From: Neodothiora populina
Lineage: Eukaryota
Direction of reading: 5' to 3'
Length of the DNA: 64,000 nucleotides
NCBI RefSeq assembly: GCF_041146345.1
Contig: NW_027191405.1
Span: forward strand, 558,001-622,000
Numbering within the stretch: the stretch's first letter is position 1; each line of letters begins with the position of its first letter. A program made the translations under genes and the position numbers. Below, in pieces: positions 51,528 to 63,627 of the stretch. The notes under the pieces are model-generated. The model was not told where the DNA came from, made no database searches, and worked only from the letters and a program-made list of their open reading frames with translations.

Positions 51528-52136
51528 ATGTCTTCCAATGTCGGACTCACCACGCCTCGCGGCTCAGGTACCAGCGGCTATGTCCAGCGCAACCTGTCGC
51601 ATCTTCGACCTCGCGACAATGGCGCTGGCGCACCCTACAACAAGGACTTCGATCTCATGCAACACAGACAGCGCCAACCAGACAAAGAGATCCTCGAGCA
51701 CGACAGAAAGCGGCAGATTGAGGTCAAGGTTTTCGAGCTGAGGGATAAGCTTGAGGATGAAGGGTTCGTGCACAGAAGTAAGAACTAAAATCGATGTTAG
51801 ACTAATACAATTTTCAGTGTGGACGATGACGAGATTGATGATCAATGTACTGCTTTGCGCAAGAAGCTCGAGCAAGAACAGTCTGGACGGAGAGATACTG
51901 GAACCAATGCGCGTGGATTAAAGAGCCATCAAGTCCATGAATTGGCCAAGGCTAAAATCGAAGAGAGCGAGAAGCTTAGAAGAGCTTTGGGCATCAGCAA
52001 AGATTACGAGGAAGGTAGCCACTGGAAGAGGCAGGAGGAAAAGGCCAGGGAGGATCACAAGAAAAGCATCGAGGAGGAGCGAGAGAGGACATCCAGAAGG
52101 GCTAAGAGTGATGATGAAGGCGATTACTCTGACTAG
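51528..52136 (+). CDS. CWC21: Pre-mRNA splicing factor Cwc21; exons 51528-51763, 51818-52136
   Basis: MSSNVGLTTPRGSGTSGYVQRNL, PDKEILEHDRKRQIEVK..ELRDKLEDEG, LKSHQVHELAKAK. Confidence 0.95.
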
Positions 52137-52547
52137 GCGGCACATTGTTGACTTTCAGATCTTTATTTATTATCATTCTTGCGTTCTAGCGTGGCGTTGG
52201 TAGGACATGGCTGCAGACGGAAATTAACACTCCAAAATCGATGTTCTCTTACCTTCCTGATTGTCCAGACCCTTACAAGATGTGCGAGCACTAATATTGC
52301 ACGGAAAAGAAAAAAACCATCAAGTGTTGAGCTGTTTGTCTATTAAGGCAAAAGGGTCGTGGATAAATGTTCTATACTAATTGTTGCATTTAGCTTGCGG
52401 TACCCAGGGCTCGGGGCGTATGTGCACCTTCAACAAATGCTTATTGTAGCATCATAAATATTCCCAGCGCCATCAGATCTATGAGTTGCATTCGTACAGG
52501 AGCATTCAAGTGTCCATCTAACAACACTCATTCTACTCACGTCCAAC

Positions 52548-53453
52548 ATGTCGACTCCTCAAGCTCCTTATACGACCTTTCTAATCATGTCGGACACTCA
52601 CAACTTCGAAGTGGCCGACAATGACAAATGCCCACTCAGCGCCTGCAGGAGTCTTACCAACATAGACGTCCTGCTTCACTGCGGTGATCTCACACAAGTC
52701 GGTGGCATATCAGCATACAAAAAAGCGCTGCGACTACTCGGAGAACTTGATGCTGAGCTGAAGCTGGTCATCGGCGGCGACCACGATCTCTCGCTCGATG
52801 GTGAATACTGGAAAAGCGATCTTGATGAGGAAGCTGGCGATGAACCAGAGGAGCACGAGCGAGCCATCGACATCATGACTGGGCCCCTGGCAAAAGCTGC
52901 GAATGTAACATACCTCTCGGAGGGCTTGCACACGTTTAGGCTCAAGAGTGGCGTGGCATTCACCATCTACGCTTCGCCCTACCAGCCGAGATTTGGAGAT
53001 TGGGCCTTTGGCTATGACAGGTCGGAAGACAAGTTCACCGACATTCCTGACAACGTCGATATAGTGATGACCCATGGACCGCCACGCGGGGTCCTGGATC
53101 GAGTGAAGTCCCGAGAGAGACCGGGCGAGGACGAGCACCTTGGTTGCGATGCTCTACTGCGAGCCATAGATCGTACCAAGCCCCTGCTACATTGCTTTGG
53201 TCATATTCACGACGGATATGGCGCACAATCCAAGCAGTGGGAAGATCAGAAAGCGAATGCAACGGCGAGCAAGGGAGGCGATAGAGGCCATATTATCAGA
53301 GTCATGCAAGCTGGACTGGGTTCAGCGCACGAGGCTAGTCAAGATAGTTTGACGACGAATAGCACTTTGATGGTGAACGCTGCGATAATGAATGGCCAGA
53401 ATGCACCGGAGAACGATCCCTGGCTGGTCACTATTGGATTGCCTCGTCGCTGA
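52548..53453 (+). CDS. Calcineurin-like metallophosphoesterase (MPPED-like)
   Basis: SDTH, HCGDLT, IGGDHD, IYASPYQP, DIVMTHGPP, LHCFGHIH, VNAA. Confidence 0.88.
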   Translation: MSTPQAPYTTFLIMSDTHNFEVADNDKCPLSACRSLTNIDVLLHCGDLTQVGGISAYKKALRLLGELDAELKLVIGGDHDLSLDGEYWKSDLDEEAGDEPEEHERAIDIMTGPLAKAANVTYLSEGLHTFRLKSGVAFTIYASPYQPRFGDWAFGYDRSEDKFTDIPDNVDIVMTHGPPRGVLDRVKSRERPGEDEHLGCDALLRAIDRTKPLLHCFGHIHDGYGAQSKQWEDQKANATASKGGDRGHIIRVMQAGLGSAHEASQDSLTTNSTLMVNAAIMNGQNAPENDPWLVTIGLPRR

Positions 53454-53707
53454 ATTTCCTTGGTTGGCGCCGTTCCTGGTAAACTGCGACGCACTTTGCG
53501 CCTCGAGATGCGTACAAGTAAAGATGGCGTTTGCGGTGTCATCGTCCTGGCTCTGTATATACATATCTGTACCTTTACTGGCGTTCTCTGTTTTGATAGA
53601 TGACAGAGGTAATGATTCGCTTCAATCACTGGGTTTTCACGCATTCTCAAGTTTCATCATTGTGTATTAACTCAGATGAACTATGAATGAACACAAGATG
53701 AAGAGGG

Positions 53708-54440
53708 CTTGAGTCGTGACTGAAGTATTTATGAGTTTGTGATAAAGTCGTGATTGAAGTGCATTCGAGTTGAGAATGAAATATGCTTGGATTAGACTAA
53801 GAGTCAAATGCGGCTAAACTGAGACCTGAAGCATAACCGAATACGCAGTAAAGCCTGGTGAAGTCGTAATCAATGTGTGATCGAATTGACACTGAGGTGT
53901 GATTGGATTTAGAGTCAAGTATAATAACATCAAGTGTTGAGTATACTTGATGTGAGAGTGAGGCATGATCAAGTTGGGAATGAAGTATGCTCGAGTCAGG
54001 AGTGAAGTATGCTTAAATTGAAAATGAAGTTTGATCGGATTGGTATTGAAGTGCGAATAAAGCGTAATCGAAGTGTTGTTGATTTGAAACCGAAGTATGA
54101 GTAACCCGAGACTAAAGTGTGATTGATTTTTCACAGGAGTGTAATTAGATGGAAGCTGGAATGTGCATTAATTGAGACTGGAGTGTTGTTGAATAGAGAC
54201 TAAACTACTATTGAAATTAGACTGAAGTGTGATTGAATTGAGACTGAGGTATTCTAGAATTGGAACTGGAGTGTTATTGAATTCGGACTGAAGTGTCATT
54301 CATGCGAAGTCGAAGTGTGGTTGACTTGAAGGTGAAGTGTGATCGAATTTGAAGTGAGGTGAAGCTCAAGTGAAGGTGACGAATGATCAAAGTGAGGCTG
54401 AAGCGCAGCTGAGATGAAGGTGTAGCACAATCAAGAGTTG
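53708..54440. repeat. Degenerate 22-bp (2 x 11 bp) tandem array, consensus about ACTGAAGTGTGATTGAATTGAG
   Basis: Units begin every 22 nt from 53825 to 54419 (e.g. 53891 actgaggtgtgattggatttag, 54111 actaaagtgtgattgatttttc, 54221 actgaagtgtgattgaattgag, 54265 actggagtgttattgaattcgg). More degenerate units extend back to about 53708. Confidence 0.9.
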
Positions 54441-54919
54441 TGGGGTTCAACAGCAACTCACTTGCAACACCTACATGCAGCCGCATCTGCTGAGGTCGCA
54501 TGACTCGCGTGCATAATGCGGATTCCAATAGCGAGCAAGAAGTAAACGAATTGGCTGAACCTCTCGAGGAGTTCAGCGGAGAAGACAATAATACAGGTAT
54601 GGAGCTCAATCGAAGGTGAAGGATGTTGAGCGGATCTTGGCGCCCTTATCGATAATCTCCACGACGTCATGCCCCTCCATCTACAAGAACCTCAAGGTAA
54701 GGTAGGTACCTTGTGGTCATAGCTCTGGGAATCACTTCGAGAGGCAAGAGATGGAAGAATGGTTGAACAGAGAACCGGAATAGGCAGGAACAGTATAGGA
54801 ATCCAAATCTCACTTCCAGAGATCACGAGAAAGATACAGCAACATCTAGACATCACTCGCATGCCCTGAATCGAGCGCAGTGACGCATTCAGCGAATTGT
54901 TTGACGATTCGGCTGGCAT

Positions 54920-55017
54920 AGAATCTCATCGAAGTTGTAAGAATACATCGCCATTTCTGGCGAGTTCTAGTCTGACGACCCAGCAACGCAACCATCCGCC
55001 CGCACACATCTATAAAA
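54920..55017 (+). promoter_or_regulatory. HSP70 promoter: step/gap-type heat-shock elements and TATA box
   Basis: GAA at 54921, 54931, 54941 (exact 10-bp spacing), TTC at 54955 and 54965, TATAAAA at 55011-55017. Confidence 0.6.
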
Positions 55018-55191
55018 CTCTTTTCTCGCACTTGTCCAATCCGTTTCACTTCACATCACTTTTCTCATACAACAAAAGGCAATTACACTACTATAACGAC
55101 TTGACGACTCTACACCTATCTCGAGTTCCAAGTTCCACTTCTTTGATACCCCCACACTTTTTTTTTCTAGATCCAGTACACATCACACAAC

Positions 55192-55764
55192 ATGGCACCA
55201 GCTATCGGTATTGATTTGGGTACTACGTACTCTTGCGTTGGTATCTACCGCGATGACCGCATTGAGATTATCGCCAACGACCAGGGTAACCGTACCACTC
55301 CCTCGTTCGTTGCTTTCACCGACACCGAGCGTCTCATTGGTGATGCCGCAAAGAACCAAGTCGCCATGAACCCTCATAACACCGTCTTCGATGCTAAGCG
55401 TCTGATCGGCCGCAAGTTCGCCGACGCTGAGGTCCAGGCCGACATGAAGCATTTCCCTTTCAAGATCGTCGACAAGGGCGGAAAGCCCGTCGTTGAGGTG
55501 GACTTCAAAGGGGAGACCAAAAATTTCACCCCCGAGGAGATCTCGTCCATGATCCTTACCAAGATGAGAGAGACCGCTGAGTCTTACCTTGGTGGTACCG
55601 TCAACAACGCTGTCGTCACCGTCCCTGCATACTTCAACGACTCTCAACGCCAGGCCACTAAGGATGCCGGTCTCATCGCTGGCCTCAACGTTCTCCGTAT
55701 CATCAACGAGCCCACTGCGGCTGCTATTGCCTACGGTCTTGACAAGAAGCAGGAGGGTGAGCGC

Positions 55765-55796
<32 letters not shown>

Positions 55797-57132
55797 CTTC
55801 GATGTTTCCCTCCTCACTATCGAGGAAGGTATCTTCGAGGTCAAGTCTACCGCTGGTGACACTCACTTGGGTGGTGAGGACTTCGACAACCGTCTTGTCA
55901 ACCACTTCGTCCAAGAATTCAAGAGGAAAAACAAAAAAGATTTAACCACCAATGCTCGCGCTCTCCGTCGTCTTAGAACCTCTTGCGAGCGTGCCAAGCG
56001 CACTCTTTCTTCCTCCGCCCAGACCTCTATTGAGATCGACTCCCTTTTCGAGGGCATTGATTTCTACACCTCCATCACCCGTGCCCGTTTCGAGGAGCTC
56101 TGCCAGGACCTCTTCCGCTCTACCATGGAGCCCGTCGAGCGCACTCTTCGTGATGCCAAGATCGACAAGTCCTCCGTCCACGAGATCGTCCTTGTCGGAG
56201 GCTCCACCCGTATCCCCAAGATCCAGAAGATGGTCTCCGACTTCTTCAACGGCAAGGAGCCCAACAAGTCCATCAACCCCGATGAGGCTGTCGCTTACGG
56301 TGCTGCCGTCCAGGCCGCTATCCTTTCCGGTGACACTTCGTCCAAGTCCACCAACGAGATCCTTCTTCTCGACGTCGCGCCTCTCTCCGTCGGTATTGAG
56401 ACCGCTGGTGGTGTCATGACCGCCCTCATCAAGCGCAACACCACCATCCCCACCAAGAAGTCCGAGACTTTCTCCACCTTCTCCGACAACCAGCCTGGTG
56501 TGCTTATCCAGGTCTTCGAGGGTGAGCGCGCTCGCACCAAGGACAACAACCTTCTCGGCAAGTTTGAGCTTACTGGTATTCCTCCTGCTCCTCGCGGTGT
56601 TCCTCAGATCGAGGTCACCTTCGACGTTGATGCCAACGGTATCATGAACGTCTCTGCTCTCGAGAAGGGTACCGGAAAGACCAACAAGATTGTCATCACC
56701 AACGACAAGGGCCGTCTCTCCAAGGAGGACATCGAGCGTATGCTTGCTGAGGCCGAGAAGTACAAGGCTGAGGATGAGGCCGAGGCTGGCCGTATCCAGG
56801 CCAAGAACGGCCTTGAGTCCTACGCCTACTCCCTCAAGAACACCCTTACCGACCCCAAGGTTGACGAGAAGCTTGAGGCTGGCGACAAGGAGAAACTCCA
56901 GGCCGAGATTGACAAGACCGTTGCCTGGTTGGACGACAACCAAACCGCCACCAAGGAGGAGTACGAGGCTCAGCAGAAGGAGCTCGAGGGTGTTGCCAAC
57001 CCCATCATGATGAAGTTCTACGGAGCTGGTGGTGAGGGTGGCATGCCCGGCGGTATGCCCGGTGGTGGTATGCCCGGCGGTGCCCCCGGCGCTGGCGGCG
57101 ACGACGGCCCAACTGTCGAGGAGGTTGACTAA
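55192..57132 (+). CDS. SSA1: Cytosolic Hsp70 (SSA family); intronless
   Basis: [45 protein letters not shown] repeats, C-terminal GPTVEEVD. Confidence 0.98.
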
Positions 57133-57786
57133 ATCACTCGCCCCGAGTAAAACTAAATCTTCTTCTTTGCTTTGTTCCCCGTTTAGCATAAAGTTGGCGT
57201 TGGTGCAGCGGTAGACGCTCGCATGGGATATTATCATGTTTTCCTTATTCAAGATATCATGAGCAATGGTCTTCGAGGCGGAAAAGTGTTTTCCTAGCTC
57301 GGATGAATCATAATTAGCGAGTCTGTTTCTAGACTTTAAAATGAATTCAATCTTCAGAAAAAAATCAGCCTGTCCCCGTTTCAAGCATGTGAATTATAAC
57401 CTGAAGTTGATAAGACGGTGGGGTCTTTAGCCATGGCTGGTAGTAGTCCTTCGAATATCTCGCATTCTCATCGTGCCACACAACCGATGTTAGCAGATAT
57501 GAGTATCACTTAGCGATAAGATAATCATTCATTATGGTTCATAGATATAGTAGAATATGTATTCATGTGCTGTGTATACTTTAGGCAAATTTAATCATAT
57601 ATACCTCCTCAGACAAATGTGGTGGGTGCCATAGAGGGGTACTGATGTGCATGCCGAGGGCACTGACCGGCCTTGACGATGCCAATCCGAGACAGCAATC
57701 AAGTGAATCATTCCCACTGAAGTCCATTCCCTTAAGCGATGAATGCATCAACTTTTGGATACTTCCTGCTTCTGATTCTCATCTAA

Positions 57787-58554
57787 TCAAGCCTTTTGTC
57801 CCTTTTGTCCCTCGCCCTTCCAAGTCTGCGCAACCTCATCCGGATCCCTCCAGAAAGCCTTCTTCACCGGCTCCGTCCTGATCTCCCAAATATCCTCGCT
57901 CGACCCACCCCTCTCCTTCCGCACTCTCTCGTCACGTGCCTTGTACCACTCCGCGACCGCCTGTCCTTTATCCTCGTCACCAAGATTCTTGATGCGCATG
58001 CAGAACCAGAAAGCGCCCCACTGCTCCGAACACGACCTGATGCCTCCGTGGCGGTACAAGTCGTTGAACTTGCCGCCGAGACTCTGGCAGTAGAATGCCT
58101 CGTCAAAGGCTTGTCGGCAGGACATTGTGCGTGGGTAGAGAGCATCGGGAGAAATGTCTAGGGTGTCCAGGTCTACTGTCGCGCCACCTGAGGGGTCGGT
58201 CGTCCCCGTCGGCGCGAAATGCGTAGGTGTCTCTGAAGGCGCTGGATTGGTCGTTGATATTGACCCTGGGTCTGTGGATGCCGATGCGCTGCCATTGTTG
58301 CTTGCTGTCGTCGGGTTTGGTTTTATTCGTGAGTAGGCCGGGCCCGGTCGGCTGTTGCTCTCGAGACTCGCGAGGAAGTCCTCGAGTTCTCTGTCTGCTT
58401 GCTGTGCGGAAGAAGGCGCAGAAGACGGCGGCGGTATGTGTGCAGTGTTCTGTTGCTTTGTGGATGCTGCTGTTGCCAGGTCTGGGATTGTCGATGATAC
58501 CGTGCCTTCCGTTGATGGAGGCGAGGACGAGGATGAATTCCAGAACCAACCCAT
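57787..58554 (-). CDS. EMI1: Twin-CX9C protein, EMI1 family
   Basis: MSCRQAFDEAFYCQSLGGKFNDLYRHG..RSCSEQWGAFWFCMR, SSEDIWEIR. Confidence 0.85.
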   Translation of the reverse strand: MGWFWNSSSSSPPSTEGTVSSTIPDLATAASTKQQNTAHIPPPSSAPSSAQQADRELEDFLASLESNSRPGPAYSRIKPNPTTASNNGSASASTDPGSISTTNPAPSETPTHFAPTGTTDPSGGATVDLDTLDISPDALYPRTMSCRQAFDEAFYCQSLGGKFNDLYRHGGIRSCSEQWGAFWFCMRIKNLGDEDKGQAVAEWYKARDERVRKERGGSSEDIWEIRTEPVKKAFWRDPDEVAQTWKGEGQKGQKA

Positions 58555-58896
58555 GTTTTATAAGGTGTCGATATGGGGCCTGTCTTTATGTACGATACTG
58601 GAATCTGCTATATTTCTCTGTTTCTTCAAATGCGCCCAATGATCGGACTTCAAGGATATAGTAAACATTTGTCTAAAAGAATATACCGAAAGCTCAAGCC
58701 ATGCGTTCGCATCCATCCATCCCACACGTGACGCCATCTCGATTCGTAACCTTGATTTACTACTACCAGTGTTTCCTAGATTGATCTTTTCTGACCTTTC
58801 GAACTTTTGAGATATATTTCGATGCTATTCGCTTTCTTTTCCACTTGATCTAGTCTTGGACACATTCATATCTATCGGAACAGCCATGGTCGCGAG

Positions 58897-61695
58897 ATGA
58901 GTACAACTCGAAACTTTTTGGGGAGCAGCAGGCTCACGAGCCAGAGCGCTCTGACACGATCTCGATCTATACAATATCAATTCAAGACATGCCCTCCACT
59001 TTTCACTTCTGGGGCTAGATACGCTTCTCTCGAGGCCGGAGAGGGCGATACTGGTCATATCTCGGCTGGGCGCAATCAGGGTGTTCTGTTCATTAATAGT
59101 GAGTCTTTCTTCTCTTTCGTTGTATGCGGTTACGTCCCTTTGCTGTGGACATGGTTGAGTGCTGCTTTGATACTCACCACTGGATGTGTTTTCATGATAT
59201 ATGGATTTGTGTATGGAGCTAGCGCCAACCATGTGTGTGTATAGCTGCAGATCCTCAATACAAAGCTATATTGTAGTGATATAGAGATGCACCGAGATGA
59301 AGTCTAAGCCGAAGCGTCACTTGTATCTGTGGAGGTGCATATTGAACTGACGCAATTCAAAGATCTATATCCACTGAATCTACAATGGCTTTTTCGTTTC
59401 CCCTTCGCCGCCGACAAGTTGTTCCCCAAACTAGCAGCTAGACAGCGCATGTTTGGAGCTGCCGATGCTGCGAAGCTCGTCAAAGATGCCCAACCCAGCG
59501 CTGAAGTACTGGAAGTCCTGCCTCGACTGAAGGAAGGCGGCGCTTTTGTCAAGTTCTCGGACGCAACTGATGAAAACATTCCGTCCATCGGAAAGGCTGT
59601 TGAGAAGTACCTTACTGAGCATCCTATCAAGCCCTTTTGGGCTCCACTGTCACGCGTACAGGCAAGTATTGTTCGTGGCAAGCCGTGGGTCGAAGATCTG
59701 TATCGTCTGCCTAGTGCGCGACTGAGGGTTGAGTTCTTGCCTACTTCTCCAGGTGGCGAAGTGGCTGAGCTATCGCAGGAGCAGCTCTACAGCTTCTTCC
59801 GACCCTATGGCAAGCTCGCAGAAATCATCACTCAGCCGTCCGACTCGAAGGTTCTCCCAAAGTATGCACAACTCGACTTTAACTCTATTCGAAAGGCTGT
59901 CCTGGCGAAGAACTGTCTCCATGGATACACCGTGAATGAAGCGGAGGGCGGTGGCCAATTGGGCACCGTGTTCCGCATCTCTTACGAAAAGAAGCAGAAA
60001 GCTCGTTGGTTCATGGATTGGCTGACCGGTCATCCTCGCATCACCATCCCAGCTCTAGCAGCTTTGGTGGCAGGTATCACCGTCGCTGTATTCGATCCTA
60101 TCCGTACTGCCTTCATCAAAGCTCATATCACGCGAACCTTCAAAATCTCCGACAACAAATACTTTGCTTGGGCCAAGGATCTCACCAATGAGTTTCTGAC
60201 AAGCGTCAGACTACGCCACGCACCCCAAGATGCTGGCATGGAAGCCATCTGGGAAGATCGCAAGGTGCATATTGATCAGCTTCAAACATGGCTGATGGAA
60301 ACCGCCGACACGTTCATCATTGTACAAGGACCTCGTGGCTCTGGGAAACGTGAACTTGTAGTCGACCAAGCACTAAAGAGTCGCAAGAACAAACTCGTCA
60401 TCGACTGCAAACCCATCCAAGAAGCTCGTGGTGATAGCTCAACCATCAACGCTACCGCAGCAGAAGTAGGCTACTGGCCCGTTTTCTCTTGGATGAACAG
60501 CATCAGCGGTCTCATCGATCTAGCCGCGCAGGGAGCCACAGGCGTCAAGACCGGATTCTCCGAAACGCTAGAAAACCAGTTGACGAAGATCTTAAACAAC
60601 ACAGCTACAGCACTCAAGCAAGTCGCGCTCGAAGGTCGCAAGTCCGACGACAAAGACGCAAACCTGACCGACGACGAGTACCTCGAAGCACATCCGGAGC
60701 GCAGACCCGTAGTCGTCATCGACAACTTCCTGCATAAGACGCAAGAAGGCACAGTCGTGTACGACAAGATCGCCGAGTGGGCAGCGCGCGTGACGACCTC
60801 GAACCTCGCCCACGTGGTCTTCCTGACAAACGACGTGAGCTACAGCAAATCCCTCTCGAAAGCCCTTCCCGACCGCGCCTTCCGCCAAATCGGCCTCTCG
60901 GACACCTCCCTCGAAGTCGCCAAGCGCTTCGTGATCAACCACCTCGAATTCGACCCCGAAGACACCGAAGCAGGCCTGAAAGCACTCAGCACGACGCAAC
61001 GCCGCAAAGACCTCGTCGAGCTCGACGACGTGCTGCCCGCGCTCGGCGGCCGCCTCACCGACCTCGAGTTCCTCGCCCGCCGCATAAAAGCAGGCGAGAC
61101 GCCGCGCAAAGCCGTCGCCGAAATCGTCGAGCAAGCCGCCAGCGAGATCCTAAAGATGTTCGTCCTCAACGGCGGCGGCGGGGACGAACGCAACTGGACG
61201 CCCCAGCAAGCCTGGCTGCTGATCCGGCGCCTCGCCAAAACCAACGACGCCTCCTCCAGCAACGTCAACGCAGACCAAGGCCTGCGCTACAACGAGATCC
61301 TGCTGTCCGACGCCTACAAGACCGCCGGCGACGCCGCCCTGCAAGCCCTCGAGCAGGCCGAGCTCATCACGATCCAGTCCTCCGCGGGCCGTCCCTACGC
61401 CATCAAGCCCGGCCGCCCCGTCTACCTGCCTGCCTTCCAGCAGCTCGTCAAGGATAATGTCCTGCGCAGCCGACTGGACCTCGCTGTGCTGACGGAGAGT
61501 ATCAAGATTGAGAACGCTAGTGTTGAGGCCTACGAGCGCGAACTGCATCTGTTGGGCGAGTTGCCCAAGCAGCCGTCTGAGGTCACGGGTAGAGTGCAGT
61601 GGTTGCTTGAGAAGTTGAGGATCAGCCAGGATAAGATTGAGAAATACGAGAGGGAGGCTGGTGGGCTCAAGAAGACGCTGATGTCTGAATTTTGA
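58897..61695 (+). CDS. YME2: Mitochondrial escape protein 2 (Yme2/Rna12); exons 58897-59098, 59363-61695
   Basis: Arg/Ser-rich presequence, PRLKEGGAFVKF, RRM (QEQLYSFFRPYG...AKNCLHG), TM segment HPRITIPALAAL..FDPIR, P-loop-like GPRGSGK, GGRLTDLE. Confidence 0.93.
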
Positions 61696-62036
61696 TTGAA
61701 AAGGAGAATCTGGGAATGGGGTGGTCGTGTACAATAATCTTCCATCTGCGAGTAATTTTTACTGTAACTTATCTTGGATATCGAAGTCACAGGGTACAAA
61801 TCTCACTCAATATTACTGCCTTTTGTATAAAACTTCATTCGAGCCTTTTCGTAATTGAAGTCGTTGAATCTCGCTTTGACTTAATTATACCCGAGTTTGT
61901 ACCCTCAAATGCACGCTGCCCCATGGCCGTCCCATGCTGTTATCATTTCCGCCCCTAAGACTCATAGCATGAATGAGCATCTAATGGACTTCGCGATGCT
62001 ACTCCGTGCAAAAAAGTTCGTGACGTCTCTGAGCAT

Positions 62037-63071
62037 CTAACGGAAATTTGCGATGCTACTCGGTGCCGAATTGCGAGTCAAAGCCCCATCGTCTCCAGCA
62101 GTAGTGGTGCGATACGACATGAATCCGGTATCGAAAGGCAATGAGCGGACCACACTGGTAGTACCCCTCTTAGAAGAAGACGAAGAGGAAGAATTGCCAG
62201 ATTCGTTCGCACCCTATCGATCATGAGCTTGTCTATCACACCCAATGACTAGTGAAATTCGTCTTACCGTGGGTCTGTTATCCTTCGATGCATTCGCAAA
62301 GCTGATGCTGCTGTTGTGTCTATCACTCGAGATGCTCGAGAAGGAGGGCACACTTGGAGTTGCATGACCATCCACATCCACAGTACTAAGGCCACGACCA
62401 TCAATCTTCGGTGTGCCAGTTGCACCCTTGTCAGTGTCGGCAATAGACAGAAGCTGCTCGGGACTCAGGCTAAAGTAATCGACATTGGGATTCTGGTCAA
62501 GAGTCCGCAGACGCTTATCAATCATTATAGGGGTGATGACCGAGCCTGAAAGTTCTGGAAAGGCACTTCTCAACTTGTGGATAGTGGCCGTCAATGTGAA
62601 GTCATTGGCGTCCAAGACACAGATGGCACGATCATGCACTGTAGTCCAATTTGGAGGCAGGGATGGTATTGCAGGGAAACGGTCGGTAAAATTCGGATGG
62701 TATGCCGATGCATACAGAGGCGAACGTGGTTTGGCATCTCGTCCAAGTGAAGCCCTGGACACAGATGGACGGATCTTTTTATTGAAGCACAAAGGTGGAG
62801 GCCGGTTAATTGAGCTGGTCGATAGATTTGGCACAGGCCAGTTCGAGACTGGAGTGAGAGATCTTTCGTATGGCGTGGGACTTCCATTCGCAGGAGTTAG
62901 AGTAGCTTTGCTTGTTGTGTAGTATCTCTCGTCTAAATTGCTGCAGCTCGCTGGAGTGATGGGAGAACATGCCGCTGTGGCAGAGTACGAAGACTGATCA
63001 AGTGACGGACGCGCCGTGCCTTTGCCCTTTCTCTCAAAAATGGCACGAACAGAACTTGAAGAAGAGAACAT
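62037..63071 (-). CDS. Hypothetical fungal protein with a small helical domain; exons 63071-62268, 62213-62037
   Basis: ATG-started ORF with S/P-rich flanks around an ordered block WTTVHDRAICVLDA...KLRSAFPEL...MIDKRLRTLDQ...DYF. Probable intron GTAAGA...TAG has a weak branch site. Confidence 0.65.
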
Positions 63072-63627
63072 ATCGACCTCCTTCGCTTCTAGACGCTTTA
63101 GACGAACGGATACGTCCCAGCCTGAAGGTAAAGTGTTTAGAAACGGCGTCTATTTTCGAATGTCTTGTGAAAAAGGTCGCTGCCTGATGTAAAGAGTGCA
63201 GTAGTAGTCTGTCGGCGCAAGTGAGCTATTGGTACTTGCTCCTTTTGGACAGCAGGTGCAACACGTCCTGCTCTGAACGGGAAGGCGCGACGGTCAGAGC
63301 CCCTTCTTTCCAATTTCACCAGCTCCTGCAGAGCTCTACACCTTACGATTAAATCACCTTTCGAGTGCAACAAATGCGCGATAAATAAAGTAGAAGATGA
63401 TATGGGATTTGAAACACCCAGTTCTTGACTTTTCATAACGTGATAGATACAGACTTCCAGAGCATAAGCTCCTAATGTACAAAACGTCTGTTGAGAGGTA
63501 TACTCACCAAAAGTCCTTTACACATGGCGCATAAGCAAGAATAAAGATTTCCGGACTGCGCCCTGATATCTTCGCTGCAAACTCTATGAACTCCGTTCAG
63601 CCATGCGCCTAGTGAATAGTTATGCAT

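Noticed and set aside
53708..54440. Array as a CRISPR-like locus or telomeric repeat
   Set aside because: No constant repeat with unique spacers, no cas genes, eukaryotic context, and no TTAGGG-type unit.
53814..54609. Minus-strand ORFs across the 22-bp array
   Set aside because: Repeat period is not a multiple of 3, ORFs do not span the array, and the peptides are low-complexity.
55183..57384. Long antisense ORFs (243 and 480 aa) opposite HSP70
   Set aside because: Well-known by-product of strong codon bias in Hsp70 genes; no independent domain signal.
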